DNA from: Candidatus Bathyarchaeia archaeon
GTDB lineage: Archaea; Thermoproteota; Bathyarchaeia; Bathyarchaeales; Bathyarchaeaceae
Length of the DNA stretch: 64,000 bases
NCBI GenBank assembly: GCA_035283685.1
Contig: DATETJ010000009.1
Coordinates: forward strand, 332,925-396,924
Direction: 5' to 3'
The first letter of the stretch is position 1; every line of letters begins with the position of its first letter. Shown in pieces: positions 26,910 through 35,299 of this stretch. Below the pieces are notes generated by a model that worked only from the letters and a program-made list of their open reading frames with translations, had not been told where the DNA came from and searched no databases. Position numbers and translations under genes: made by a program.

Positions 26910-27995
26910 CTAGCTCTCCTTTGTTGTTTTCCCCATTTCAGCCGTTGAATCGTTGCTGCAAGTCAATGTCATTCTTTCCCTTTTGTAGGCTTCCTCGATG
27001 ATCTCAATAATTCTCAGCCCATCCGTGGCTGTGACAGCAGGCTTCAGATCCTCTTCAATGCAACTAAAAAAGTGCCTCAACTCCTTGTAATAAGATTCAT
27101 AGAAGTAAGTGTAAGCAAGGGGTCGTATCTTCTTTCCAGCAATTCTCCGCACAACATTCTTCGCTCCTTCCTTCATGGCATGAACATAGAAATTGCGGGG
27201 AACAAGATCCTCACTTGATATGTATCCTGCATTTCCATGTAATATTGCTCGTAGATTCCATTTTGGAAAAATCAGCTTCTGATACCAACCAACATTGATT
27301 ATTCCCTTGACCGAAGAATTCACCGAATTCAATATGGCTATGGCGCTGTCTTCCACTGGTAGGTTGAACTTGTGATCGAGACATGAATAAAGCAGTTTGC
27401 AGTCACCGGCAAAAAACCGGAATAAGTCAATGAGGTGATAGCCCAAGTCAATTAGCACTCCACCTCCCGACTTCTTTGGATCAAACCACCACTCTGAAAC
27501 AGGCACGGGAACCAAAGGATGCGAGAAAGGCCCGTTGTACACCTCCTCCAAAGTAAGGACTTCCAAGTCTCCGATGTGGCCTTTTTCAACGGTTTCCTTC
27601 ATTTTCTCGATTGCTTCAATGAATCTCATCGAGTGACCTATTGTAAACTTCCTGCCGCTCTGCTGAACAAGGTTCACGATTTTGCGGCATTCATCAACCG
27701 TGTTAGCCATTGGTTTTTCTTCGAAAACATTTAGCCCAGCTTCTAAAGCTGCCTGAACACTTTCGAAATGAAGAAAGTGCGGTAAGGTTATGATAGCTGC
27801 GTCTAACTCGCGTTCCTTGGTAAGCATTTCCCGGTAGTCAGAATAGAGGTTTCTGACGCCAAGTGCTTTGGCTTTGCTTAACGCACCCTTAGAAGCGTCG
27901 GCTGCAGCCTCAACTTTGACATTGTCCATGTGCAAGCAATTCATCATGTGCAGTTTGCCCATCTTTCCGAGGCCAATCATGGCAACCTTCAACAT
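26910..27995 (-). CDS. Gfo/Idh/MocA family oxidoreductase (paralog B)
   Basis: 361-aa ORF with VAMIGLGKMGKLH (Rossmann) and an EKPMA motif. Its TAG stop (26910-26912) is in frame with the downstream DUF362 ORF. Confidence 0.85.
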   Translation of the reverse strand: MLKVAMIGLGKMGKLHMMNCLHMDNVKVEAAADASKGALSKAKALGVRNLYSDYREMLTKERELDAAIITLPHFLHFESVQAALEAGLNVFEEKPMANTVDECRKIVNLVQQSGRKFTIGHSMRFIEAIEKMKETVEKGHIGDLEVLTLEEVYNGPFSHPLVPVPVSEWWFDPKKSGGGVLIDLGYHLIDLFRFFAGDCKLLYSCLDHKFNLPVEDSAIAILNSVNSSVKGIINVGWYQKLIFPKWNLRAILHGNAGYISSEDLVPRNFYVHAMKEGAKNVVRRIAGKKIRPLAYTYFYESYYKELRHFFSCIEEDLKPAVTATDGLRIIEIIEEAYKRERMTLTCSNDSTAEMGKTTKES

Positions 27996-28018
27996 ATGTC
28001 CCCACCAGCCAACAGTTA

Positions 28019-29179
28019 TCAGATTAATGCTCTTTCTCGTAGCATTTCTTCGGTAAGTTGAGCTCTGTCCTCGGGCTTGCTCCAGAATACAACGCGCTTG
28101 TTAAGAATAAGTGAAAGAATGCCGACAAGTAGCAAGAGATAACTCTGCACTGTCTCAAGAACCAAGACTCCGACTCTTGGAATAAGAAAGACAAGGAAAA
28201 CAACCGCAACGTAGGGATAGTTGAACAGCATGTATAGTGTGGCTATCACGAAGAGCAGAAAAATGAACGGATTGATGATATACATGAATACGCTCTCTAA
28301 CGCAACTGCCCTCGCGCTTTTGACACGGTTTCGTAGAAGAAGCAGGAAATAAGTGGCGAATACGCGTACAAGCTGGATTGTTCGTCTAATCTTGATATCC
28401 ATTTTTCCTTTCCAAGTGACTGGAAAGGCTGTGAAGAATTCAGCGTCTGGAACCAATATGGCTCTTGAGCCATCTTCAGCAATCCGAATCACTGTTCCAC
28501 AATCGTCTGAGCCAGTGTTGTATGGATCAAACGAGTTCAATGCTTCCTTTTTGTAAGCGCTAAATCCACCTTCAAAAAAGAGAGTTGAACCTGTTTTCGA
28601 TTCGCCGAGTTTCTTCAGGTTCATAGATCTGAGGTAGCTATCCTCAGTCCTCGTCACCCATGATTGATCCGCGTTCAGAAGAAGCTTCGGTCCTGAAATC
28701 GCCACGACTGAAGAGTTGGCCAGAAAGGGCAACGCCTTGTTTAGAATATCCGATGGCCAAAAGCAATCGGCATCTGAGACAATTATGACATCTTCTTTAC
28801 AGTATTTCAACGCATAGTTTAACGCTACAGTCTTTCCCATTCTTTCGCTTTGTTCGAGGGTCTCGATTTTCATATTTGGGTGTTGCTTGGCAAAGACGCT
28901 CACCTTCTCGATTGTGCCATCAGTTGAGTTGCTGTCAACAACGATTATGTGGGTTAACTCCTTGGGGTACTCTAGTTTTGCCAAATTTTCCATCTTATGG
29001 TTAATGACCTGCGATTCGTTATAGGTTGGGACGATTATGGACACGCTCGGTGAATATTTCTCGTTAATCTTTATCCGCCACGGTTTCTTGGCAGCTTTCC
29101 TCATTGAGATATATGAAATGCCCGGAATGCCGAACGTGAGAAACAGAAGTGTAGCCCAAACGACTATCAGTGTAAACAA
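28019..29179 (-). CDS. Membrane-embedded family 2 glycosyltransferase (synthase-like, PgaC/IcaA-like architecture)
   Basis: 386-aa ORF with an N-terminal TM helix, VSIIVPTYNES, VVDSNSTDGT, SDADC, QLVRV in the place of QxxRW, and 3-4 C-terminal TM helices. Confidence 0.85.
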   Translation of the reverse strand: MFTLIVVWATLLFLTFGIPGISYISMRKAAKKPWRIKINEKYSPSVSIIVPTYNESQVINHKMENLAKLEYPKELTHIIVVDSNSTDGTIEKVSVFAKQHPNMKIETLEQSERMGKTVALNYALKYCKEDVIIVSDADCFWPSDILNKALPFLANSSVVAISGPKLLLNADQSWVTRTEDSYLRSMNLKKLGESKTGSTLFFEGGFSAYKKEALNSFDPYNTGSDDCGTVIRIAEDGSRAILVPDAEFFTAFPVTWKGKMDIKIRRTIQLVRVFATYFLLLLRNRVKSARAVALESVFMYIINPFIFLLFVIATLYMLFNYPYVAVVFLVFLIPRVGVLVLETVQSYLLLLVGILSLILNKRVVFWSKPEDRAQLTEEMLRERALI

Positions 29180-29233
29180 CGAGGATTGATAACCTCCATG
29201 GTGAACAGATTGCGTTCAAGATTGCACAGAGCA

Positions 29234-30196
29234 CTAATCGAAGAAACATGTGAAATGCTTGAACGTGTGTCGTGGTCTATACTGGAATATTTTCATAGGG
29301 TTCTTCACGCTTAGCCAATACAATCTATTGAGATCAACGCTTTCTGAACATAGGGTTTTCCAGTTGTCACTTAAGTGAGATGTAACCTCAATGAGGTTGC
29401 TTTTCTGCATCAAACTGATTCTCTCAAACAGAAAGCGTAGCAGGCTGAGGGCAAACTTGACTTTGATATCTGACCACATTTCAGCTTTTTTTCCGGTAGC
29501 CGAGTAGCTCTTGTTGAAAACTAACGACGATGGGTGCATAAGCAGAACTGATACTTTTTTTCGAAGCAACAAGCTCTCTATCGAGACGGGAAACGACTTT
29601 TGTTCCATCCTGTTTACAAGAGTTGCCAAGATTCCGTCGATTGGTATAGGACCAGGATAGAATGTTATTCCTTTGAAGTTCACTGGGTTGTCTGAGATGT
29701 AGGATGAAAAGTCAAATCTGACACCGAATTGTTTCAGAGCGTCCAAGTGAGGAGGCGACCAAGCCAAGAAAGGCGCTCTGAAACACACGATGTTGTTTTC
29801 TGGGAAGACTCTCTTCAGTGAGAGTATTCCGCCGGGGTCAACGGTTTTCCCGGTCTCAGGGTTAATGTGCGACGTTTCCCTCTTGATCGACAGTTCGAGA
29901 GCCGTTTGGTAGTCAGGCACATCAGTATATTCAAGAATCATCGGTCGTATGGAGTGAACGGCGCCATGATAACCAATTCGATTACTACTCATGAGTTCAA
30001 TGATTTCTGGATGCCTGTACAGTTGCTCTGCCACGGAGGCTGGTACGAAGAGAATGGCTTGAAACCGGAATTCTCTTAACAGATCCAGCACTGAACGCAG
30101 ACACGTAAGAGAAACGTTGTCAAGATGGTCTTCTTGCGGAGGTATTCCTTCGACGTCGAATGTTAAGAGAACTTTCCTAGGTGCGTTTCTGCTCAA
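29234..30196 (-). CDS. Polysaccharide deacetylase-like (CE4-like) protein
   Basis: 320-aa ORF. LLTFDVEG lies in the place of the TFDD motif and GYHGAVHS matches the H-x3-H motif. No signal peptide. Confidence 0.6.
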   Translation of the reverse strand: MSRNAPRKVLLTFDVEGIPPQEDHLDNVSLTCLRSVLDLLREFRFQAILFVPASVAEQLYRHPEIIELMSSNRIGYHGAVHSIRPMILEYTDVPDYQTALELSIKRETSHINPETGKTVDPGGILSLKRVFPENNIVCFRAPFLAWSPPHLDALKQFGVRFDFSSYISDNPVNFKGITFYPGPIPIDGILATLVNRMEQKSFPVSIESLLLRKKVSVLLMHPSSLVFNKSYSATGKKAEMWSDIKVKFALSLLRFLFERISLMQKSNLIEVTSHLSDNWKTLCSESVDLNRLYWLSVKNPMKIFQYRPRHTFKHFTCFFD

Positions 30197-30235
30197 CTTA
30201 AGGCCTCAAAACCAGAGGGACTGCGGTTTCCAGGC

Positions 30236-31048
30236 TCATTTAGCCATTGGGCGAAGAAGTGTTCTGAACTGCTTTCTCATGCGCAGCAGAGTAATTGCAT
30301 GTCGAATAACTCCTTTGGTCTTGATTTTCCTTCTTAGAATCAATTTCACCACGTCCCACATTCCCTTTTCACCTTGAAGAACGGGAATTATGATACTCAG
30401 ATCGCCCCTCACTGTAATCTTGGGATTTGCCAAAGTGGTTTCTGTAATTTCTTCCAGGTGAATTTTGCTGTTCTTCAAACTAATCAGGAATGGAGGAGCT
30501 CCACTAAGGTTGAAATGAATCACCATTTCTGGTTCATGAAAATCCGTTTCAACTGCTGCATTTCTATCCTTTGCTGATAATATTTTTTCTGTTAGTTGAC
30601 CACAGTTCATCAGTTTCACATACGTTGTTGTTGAATCGTTCATTAGTATGGATCCAAGTGGCGCATAAAACTTCCTTGCAACTTCGGGCGTGGCAAATCC
30701 AGAGACTACAACTATTCCGTTTCTCAGTGCTTCCTGATAGAAGAACTCCATCACTGCGGATCCAACTCCTCGTCCTCGGAAGCTTGGATCAACCGCGGTG
30801 TCTCCTCCCAGAGCTGATCTCGCTGTTATGTTGCTAGAGATCTTGAGTTCACGAGGAATCCATGAGGAGGTTCCCACTATTCTTCCGTCTATCTCTGCTA
30901 TAGTGATTGATGCTGGGTTAAAATTGGGATACAGCCTATGTTTCCATTTCCAGAATTCTGCGCTGAAACCGAAGGTTTCCTTCATTAAATCGATCATTGG
31001 TTTTTCGTCGGCGTCCATGAAGTTTCTAGTTGTAAGCTGGGCCTTCAT
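30236..31048 (-). CDS. GNAT family N-acetyltransferase (Eis-like two-domain)
   Basis: 270-aa ORF with the acetyl-CoA motif FRGRGVGSAVMEFF. A 4-nt overlap links it to the upstream GNAT paralog. Confidence 0.8.
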   Translation of the reverse strand: MKAQLTTRNFMDADEKPMIDLMKETFGFSAEFWKWKHRLYPNFNPASITIAEIDGRIVGTSSWIPRELKISSNITARSALGGDTAVDPSFRGRGVGSAVMEFFYQEALRNGIVVVSGFATPEVARKFYAPLGSILMNDSTTTYVKLMNCGQLTEKILSAKDRNAAVETDFHEPEMVIHFNLSGAPPFLISLKNSKIHLEEITETTLANPKITVRGDLSIIIPVLQGEKGMWDVVKLILRRKIKTKGVIRHAITLLRMRKQFRTLLRPMAK

Positions 31049-31863
31049 CCGAAATCACCTTTTGGGACGAACCATGGGTCGCTTAGCCTGAGAGCTGAGA
31101 ATAACTTTGCCACCTTGCGAAACTTCCAGAAGGGTTGCGTTTCTATTCTCGTTCTGAGCACTGCACTTAGTGGATTCATCAATCCGAATAGGCAGGCTGT
31201 AAACGTTTTCGTATCTGTCCTTATCCTAACTGAGGAAGCTTGAGAAGTTCCAGCGCTTACTGTGATGTCGTTTTCGTCGGTTTGAACCCAAAATGAGTAG
31301 CTCCGGGAAGTCTGAGAACCTGAGATTGAGATCTGAAATATCTCGTCTAGACCATCAAGTCTGGATTTCCTGAGTTTGACTATTTCATGTACAAGCTGAC
31401 AATAGTCCAAGATCGTCATGAGAGATTGCACGTGGGGAAATTCGCCAAATCCATTTTCCAAAACGATCTTTCGTAGAATTTCGTCCTCTTTTGGCGCGTC
31501 TAACGAGATCTGATCCACTTTTCTGGATCTAGCGTATTCCGCTATCCACGAAACAAGAATCCTTGCTGCAGTCTCTCCTTCTTCGCGCGTGTAGCAGAGT
31601 TCCAAGACATCAGCTCGAATCTTTCCGTTCTTTGACTCAACTGCAACCACGGCATACCCTACTATTTCGCCTGCCTTTTCCAGTATGCAGATACCGTTTT
31701 TTTCAACTGTTGGTCTATTGAGACAGCACCAAGTCCAATATTCGCTTGTTCTTGGCACAAAACCCGCATGCGCCGAGAAAACACCGTTAAATAAGGCGGG
31801 CAGAACATTTTCATCACCGCTTCTATAGGTTCTGATGACGTAATTCGAAGATCGCTCCACCAA
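31045..31863 (-). CDS. GNAT family N-acetyltransferase (paralog)
   Basis: 272-aa ORF with the same length and layout as the neighbouring GNAT (IRTYRSGDE...GEIVGYAVV...). Confidence 0.75.
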   Translation of the reverse strand: MVERSSNYVIRTYRSGDENVLPALFNGVFSAHAGFVPRTSEYWTWCCLNRPTVEKNGICILEKAGEIVGYAVVAVESKNGKIRADVLELCYTREEGETAARILVSWIAEYARSRKVDQISLDAPKEDEILRKIVLENGFGEFPHVQSLMTILDYCQLVHEIVKLRKSRLDGLDEIFQISISGSQTSRSYSFWVQTDENDITVSAGTSQASSVRIRTDTKTFTACLFGLMNPLSAVLRTRIETQPFWKFRKVAKLFSALRLSDPWFVPKGDFG

Positions 31864-31890
31864 CTTGAATTACTCCCAGATATGTGATGC

Positions 31891-32502
31891 TTAAACCGTT
31901 TTCGTGAAGTTGAGCCAGAGTGCCACAAATCTGTTATCGTACTCGAAAGCTTGCGACGTCAGATCATACCTCCAGAGTTCAAGAAATAGCTGGTAGTAGA
32001 AGCCATCTCTTTGGGAATCCCATATGGCTTGGCTTGGGGGATCAAATGCTAACGCAACATAGTTGAAACTCATTTGCCTGACTACAACGGTGTTGTTCTG
32101 CCCCACAACACTCTCTATTCTGAAGCTCAGTTCACCTTCCCAACTATCATCACTTGCTACAAAAACATTGTACTCGTATAACGCGGGCAGCGTGCTCGGC
32201 GTGGAATTCGCGGCGACCGGAACCGATTGAGTCTGATTACGGAACTTTGCGAGAATTCTGTAATAGGCGGATTCCCCGAGTCGGTTACTCACTCTCACGT
32301 AAACGGTGTACGTTTCGTTTACTCCCACGTTAAAAGGGTAATTCTCCGCCTTATGATCTGGTCCCAGAAGCCAGAGTTCGGAGAACTGTTCAGAGCTACT
32401 AGGTATCTTTACAAATAAGGTTAAGGTGGGAATCGCTGCAACGAGAATCAACACTAGAACTCCAGCAACAAAAAGATTTCGAAAATTGTTCGTGTTTGTC
32501 AT
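31891..32502 (-). CDS. DUF1616-like archaeal membrane-anchored protein
   Basis: 203-aa ORF with one N-terminal TM helix. ELWLLGPDHKAENYPFNVGVNETYTVYVRVSN resembles the DUF1616 extracellular domain. Confidence 0.65.
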   Translation of the reverse strand: MTNTNNFRNLFVAGVLVLILVAAIPTLTLFVKIPSSSEQFSELWLLGPDHKAENYPFNVGVNETYTVYVRVSNRLGESAYYRILAKFRNQTQSVPVAANSTPSTLPALYEYNVFVASDDSWEGELSFRIESVVGQNNTVVVRQMSFNYVALAFDPPSQAIWDSQRDGFYYQLFLELWRYDLTSQAFEYDNRFVALWLNFTKTV

Positions 32503-32514
32503 AATGAACCCAAT

Positions 32515-32967
32515 CTATGGGTGGCCTTCAAAATGACGCTTTTTCAGGAAAAGCCAGATCAAGATGCTTCCAAAGATAATTATGACTATTGCGAGAATCG
32601 ACCCTGCGCTCACAAGCAGTTGTCGAGAAAGGTTCTGGCTCGAAGCGAAGGCCTTCAGCTCAGATCCCTCGGCGTCTACTTGTTCTCCAATGTATCTAGC
32701 TTGATTAGCCAAACTGGACGCTTCTGTGAAATTACCTTTAGCATATGCAGCTCGGGCGCCTGTTAGAAAAGAACCTGCTTCATTTAACTTACTAGTCAAC
32801 TCATCGATGTTTCCGCCTTTTGCTTCTGCATCAACCACAGACTGATATGCTGAGATGATTACATGTTCAGCGTTCTTGATAGTTGAAAGGGCCGAATCCT
32901 GTTCAGCTTGGACTTGTGACTTGGCTGCTGTCATCAGGAGGTTGAGCGCCAAATTCAGCAAGAGCAA
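32515..32967 (-). CDS. Hypothetical helical protein with signal peptide and C-terminal TM anchor
   Basis: 150-aa ORF with a TTG start, an N-terminal hydrophobic leader, an Ala/Glu-rich helical body and C-terminal LLVSAGSILAIVIIIFGSILIWLFLKKR. Confidence 0.6.
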   Translation of the reverse strand: MLLLNLALNLLMTAAKSQVQAEQDSALSTIKNAEHVIISAYQSVVDAEAKGGNIDELTSKLNEAGSFLTGARAAYAKGNFTEASSLANQARYIGEQVDAEGSELKAFASSQNLSRQLLVSAGSILAIVIIIFGSILIWLFLKKRHFEGHP

Positions 32968-33016
32968 AATGATGATAAGGCTTCCAAGTCTCGTAAGAAC
33001 TATCCCTCAAATCAGG

Positions 33017-33403
33017 TCATTGTTTAGTTCTCTTCTTCCCAGACGAATTACCTCGAAATGTTGGTTTCAGACACATGCCCTCTAGGGTGGCTTTTTGGCT
33101 GTTGACACTATGAAGGTGCTCCGCTAAGCCCTTACATCGTTTCGAATAATCTTCATATTTGCTGAGAAACTCGTCACCTTTGGGAGTCAGTACGTATGAA
33201 TCTTTTTCTTTACATTTCACTAATCCAGCATTCAGAACCTCAGCTAGATACCTGCAAAGGAGCTTGTAACTTAAATTTGCGCGGTACATGATGCGAGTTT
33301 TCTTGGATCCGTTGCCTATTATTCCAAGGATATCTGCAATAATCTGTAGCCTGCCGCGGTATTTTCCCAACTTTGTACCACCTAGAAAACGCGAAACGCT
33401 CAA
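33017..33403 (-). CDS. Winged-helix DNA-binding protein (HTH_45 / COG3432-like)
   Basis: 128-aa ORF with RLQIIADILGIIGNGSKKTRIMYRANLSYKLLCRYLAEVLNAGLV. It is a paralog of 34568..34888. Confidence 0.75.
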   Translation of the reverse strand: MSVSRFLGGTKLGKYRGRLQIIADILGIIGNGSKKTRIMYRANLSYKLLCRYLAEVLNAGLVKCKEKDSYVLTPKGDEFLSKYEDYSKRCKGLAEHLHSVNSQKATLEGMCLKPTFRGNSSGKKRTKQ

Positions 33404-33425
33404 ATGGGTCCAGAGAATCTATTCT

Positions 33426-33818
33426 TCACGCTTTGATGTGAAGCCAGCCTCTTCCGCCTTTTTTCAACTGCCTCTGGTAAGCATGTTCAGTCTTCGACGG
33501 CGCCTGTCTTCTTCTTTGTTTTGGGTTTTTGGGATCCAGAACTGTTCGTACGAACTTTCCCCATCCGCCAACCGATGGATTTGGTGGAATCCATTCGCTG
33601 CCGACGGCATTTCTGTGTTGCTCCAGTATATCCTGTAAATCCAAAAGCTTGAACTTCCTTGTGGCAATAATCACTGTGCCTCGTTCGATGAGCAACATGG
33701 AATAGTCTTTGTCAGCTATTCCTTCTGCCCGTACTCTATCGTCAAAACGATTACGCCACAGGGTTTTCCATTGTTCTTTAAGTTCGTCCACTAGTTGCTT
33801 TCTATCGCTAATCTCCAT
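33426..33818 (-). CDS. Hypothetical protein (130 aa, basic C-terminus)
   Basis: The ORF has no recognisable motifs. It lies 54 nt downstream of an RHH gene on the same strand. Confidence 0.55.
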   Translation of the reverse strand: MEISDRKQLVDELKEQWKTLWRNRFDDRVRAEGIADKDYSMLLIERGTVIIATRKFKLLDLQDILEQHRNAVGSEWIPPNPSVGGWGKFVRTVLDPKNPKQRRRQAPSKTEHAYQRQLKKGGRGWLHIKA

Positions 33819-33872
33819 TCACCAAATCCCTCCTTGATCGGAGCAGATGAGAATCAGCTTACGAACAGCTCG

Positions 33873-34046
33873 TCAACTCTCTTTGGCCGATGCCTCCAAG
33901 AATGTTCTCATCAACGAACGGATGGCTTCGCTTCGGCTGGAGTACTTCCTCTTCAATTCGAAATCGAAGGCCTCAACCAGCTCTCTGGGCGCCTTAAACT
34001 CTACCAGCAGTATTTCGTCTCTGTCCTTGGTTTGGTTTTTGGGCAA
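33873..34046 (-). CDS. Ribbon-helix-helix (CopG-like) protein, 57 aa (below the ORF-track cutoff)
   Basis: Hand translation from a TTG start gives MPKNQTKDRDEILLVEFKAPRELVEAFDFELKRKYSSRSEAIRSLMRTFLEASAKES. A beta-strand followed by SRSEAIR in the second helix is typical for RHH. An AGGGGA sequence lies upstream. Confidence 0.55.
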   Translation of the reverse strand: MPKNQTKDRDEILLVEFKAPRELVEAFDFELKRKYSSRSEAIRSLMRTFLEASAKES

Positions 34047-34283
34047 TTTGGAGTCTTTTCCCCTTCTTACTTTCGACCACGCAAGTCGAGTCGGTTCTTA
34101 GCCGACGTGAAGCGAGGTAACTAAAATGTCGTTAAGCTATTTAAGTTGTGATGGAGAGAGCTTCTGTTGAGAAGTTCTATAACTTCCTTCTATTTTTTCT
34201 AGAGAGTTGCTATGAAACGATTGCTCACAAGCCATTTATTCCTTCCACGACTATAGAAGGACGGACTGTGCGGAGAACCCACT

Positions 34284-34556
34284 TTGCTCATCATCGATGA
34301 GATCCTAGATGCTATACGGAACGGCGAATGGCATCAGGTAAAAGAAGTTGCACAAAAGGCCAGATCGAGCGAGTCTAAAGTTGAACTGGTTTCAGGTTTT
34401 CTGGCAACTTATGACTTTTTGGAATTCGACCGAAAGAACAAGAGAGTTAGGCTGTCAATGCAGCTTCAACGTTTCTTAGGAAAAATTCGAGAAGTTGAGA
34501 GCGAGGAAAGAGTCGGCAAGAAAGATACTCTGTCACGAACCTGTTTTCTATCCTAG
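34284..34556 (+). CDS. Small hypothetical protein, possibly winged-helix
   Basis: 90-aa ORF with a TTG start and a GGAG 9 nt upstream. It begins IIDEILDAIRNGEWHQVKEVAQK...FLATYDFLEFD. Confidence 0.5.
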   Translation: MLIIDEILDAIRNGEWHQVKEVAQKARSSESKVELVSGFLATYDFLEFDRKNKRVRLSMQLQRFLGKIREVESEERVGKKDTLSRTCFLS

Positions 34557-34567
34557 CCCGCCCTATT

Positions 34568-34888
34568 TCATTCATCAGCTTCTAGTTCTGTGGTTGACAG
34601 CAAGGCGCGTATGCTGCTGTAGGCTTGGATGAAAGCTTTTCCTTTGTTTGTTGTCAGGTATTTGCCGGAGGGATTTTCATCCCCTATAACTTTGGTGCGC
34701 TTGATCAGTTTTCTCTCAGTAAGAAAATCGAGATAGGTGTGAAGCTGCTTGAAGCTGAGGTTGCATCTGTACATGATGTGCGTTCGTCTCGACTCGTTTT
34801 CTGCGACGCGCAGAATATTCGCTATTATGTCAATGCGACTTCGATGTACTAAACTCGGCTTCTTTTCTACTTGAACCAACGAAAGCAC
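34568..34888 (-). CDS. Winged-helix DNA-binding protein (HTH_45 / COG3432-like)
   Basis: 106-aa ORF with RIDIIANILRVAENESRRTHIMYRCNLSFKQLHTYLDFLTERKLI. Confidence 0.75.
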   Translation of the reverse strand: MLSLVQVEKKPSLVHRSRIDIIANILRVAENESRRTHIMYRCNLSFKQLHTYLDFLTERKLIKRTKVIGDENPSGKYLTTNKGKAFIQAYSSIRALLSTTELEADE

Positions 34889-35299
34889 CGGAAATCGAGG
34901 TTTTTCTATTCGAGGAGTATGTGTCTAGGATATCTCAGCATATTTAAGGGTTAGAGACAAAAAGGAGGTAATCATTCTTGCTGCAGCTGCGTTTTTTTAT
35001 TTTGAATGTGACAAGTGTTCTGTAGAGATTTTATAGAAAATTCGCTGAAATCTTCAATGGGTTCTGACTGGGGCGTCAAGTCTTGGATCAGGCTGTTCCT
35101 TAGGTTCTACTTCGAAACCAGTCTTAGAATGAAGTTGCTTTTGTTTGTACAGCCCTTTTTTGGCTTTCATGTTTCTCCGTTAAGGGCTTTGGCGATTTCG
35201 GTATCACTTGCTAAAATGCGTGGAGTTTTCAGGCTGCAGTTCAATGGTTCTTTTGTGCCCTTATGAATTCTTGATGCGTTGTGTTAACAGTGGTTTTGT

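Noticed and set aside
26910-26912. Pyrrolysine decoding as the explanation for the in-frame TAG
   Set aside because: No pyl genes or methylamine methyltransferases are in the window, and TAG terminates at least five other convincing genes here. The idea is kept only as a remote option within the read-through finding.
33795-34124. Two overlapping plus-strand ORFs (109 and 84 aa)
   Set aside because: They have low-complexity Ser/Leu-rich translations. The opposite strand encodes a convincing 57-aa RHH protein (33873..34046).
35015-35266. An 83-aa plus-strand ORF, and a 38-aa Lys-rich minus-strand ORF (ATG near 35168 with GGAG upstream)
   Set aside because: No homology signal could be recognised, and both are too short to call from sequence alone.
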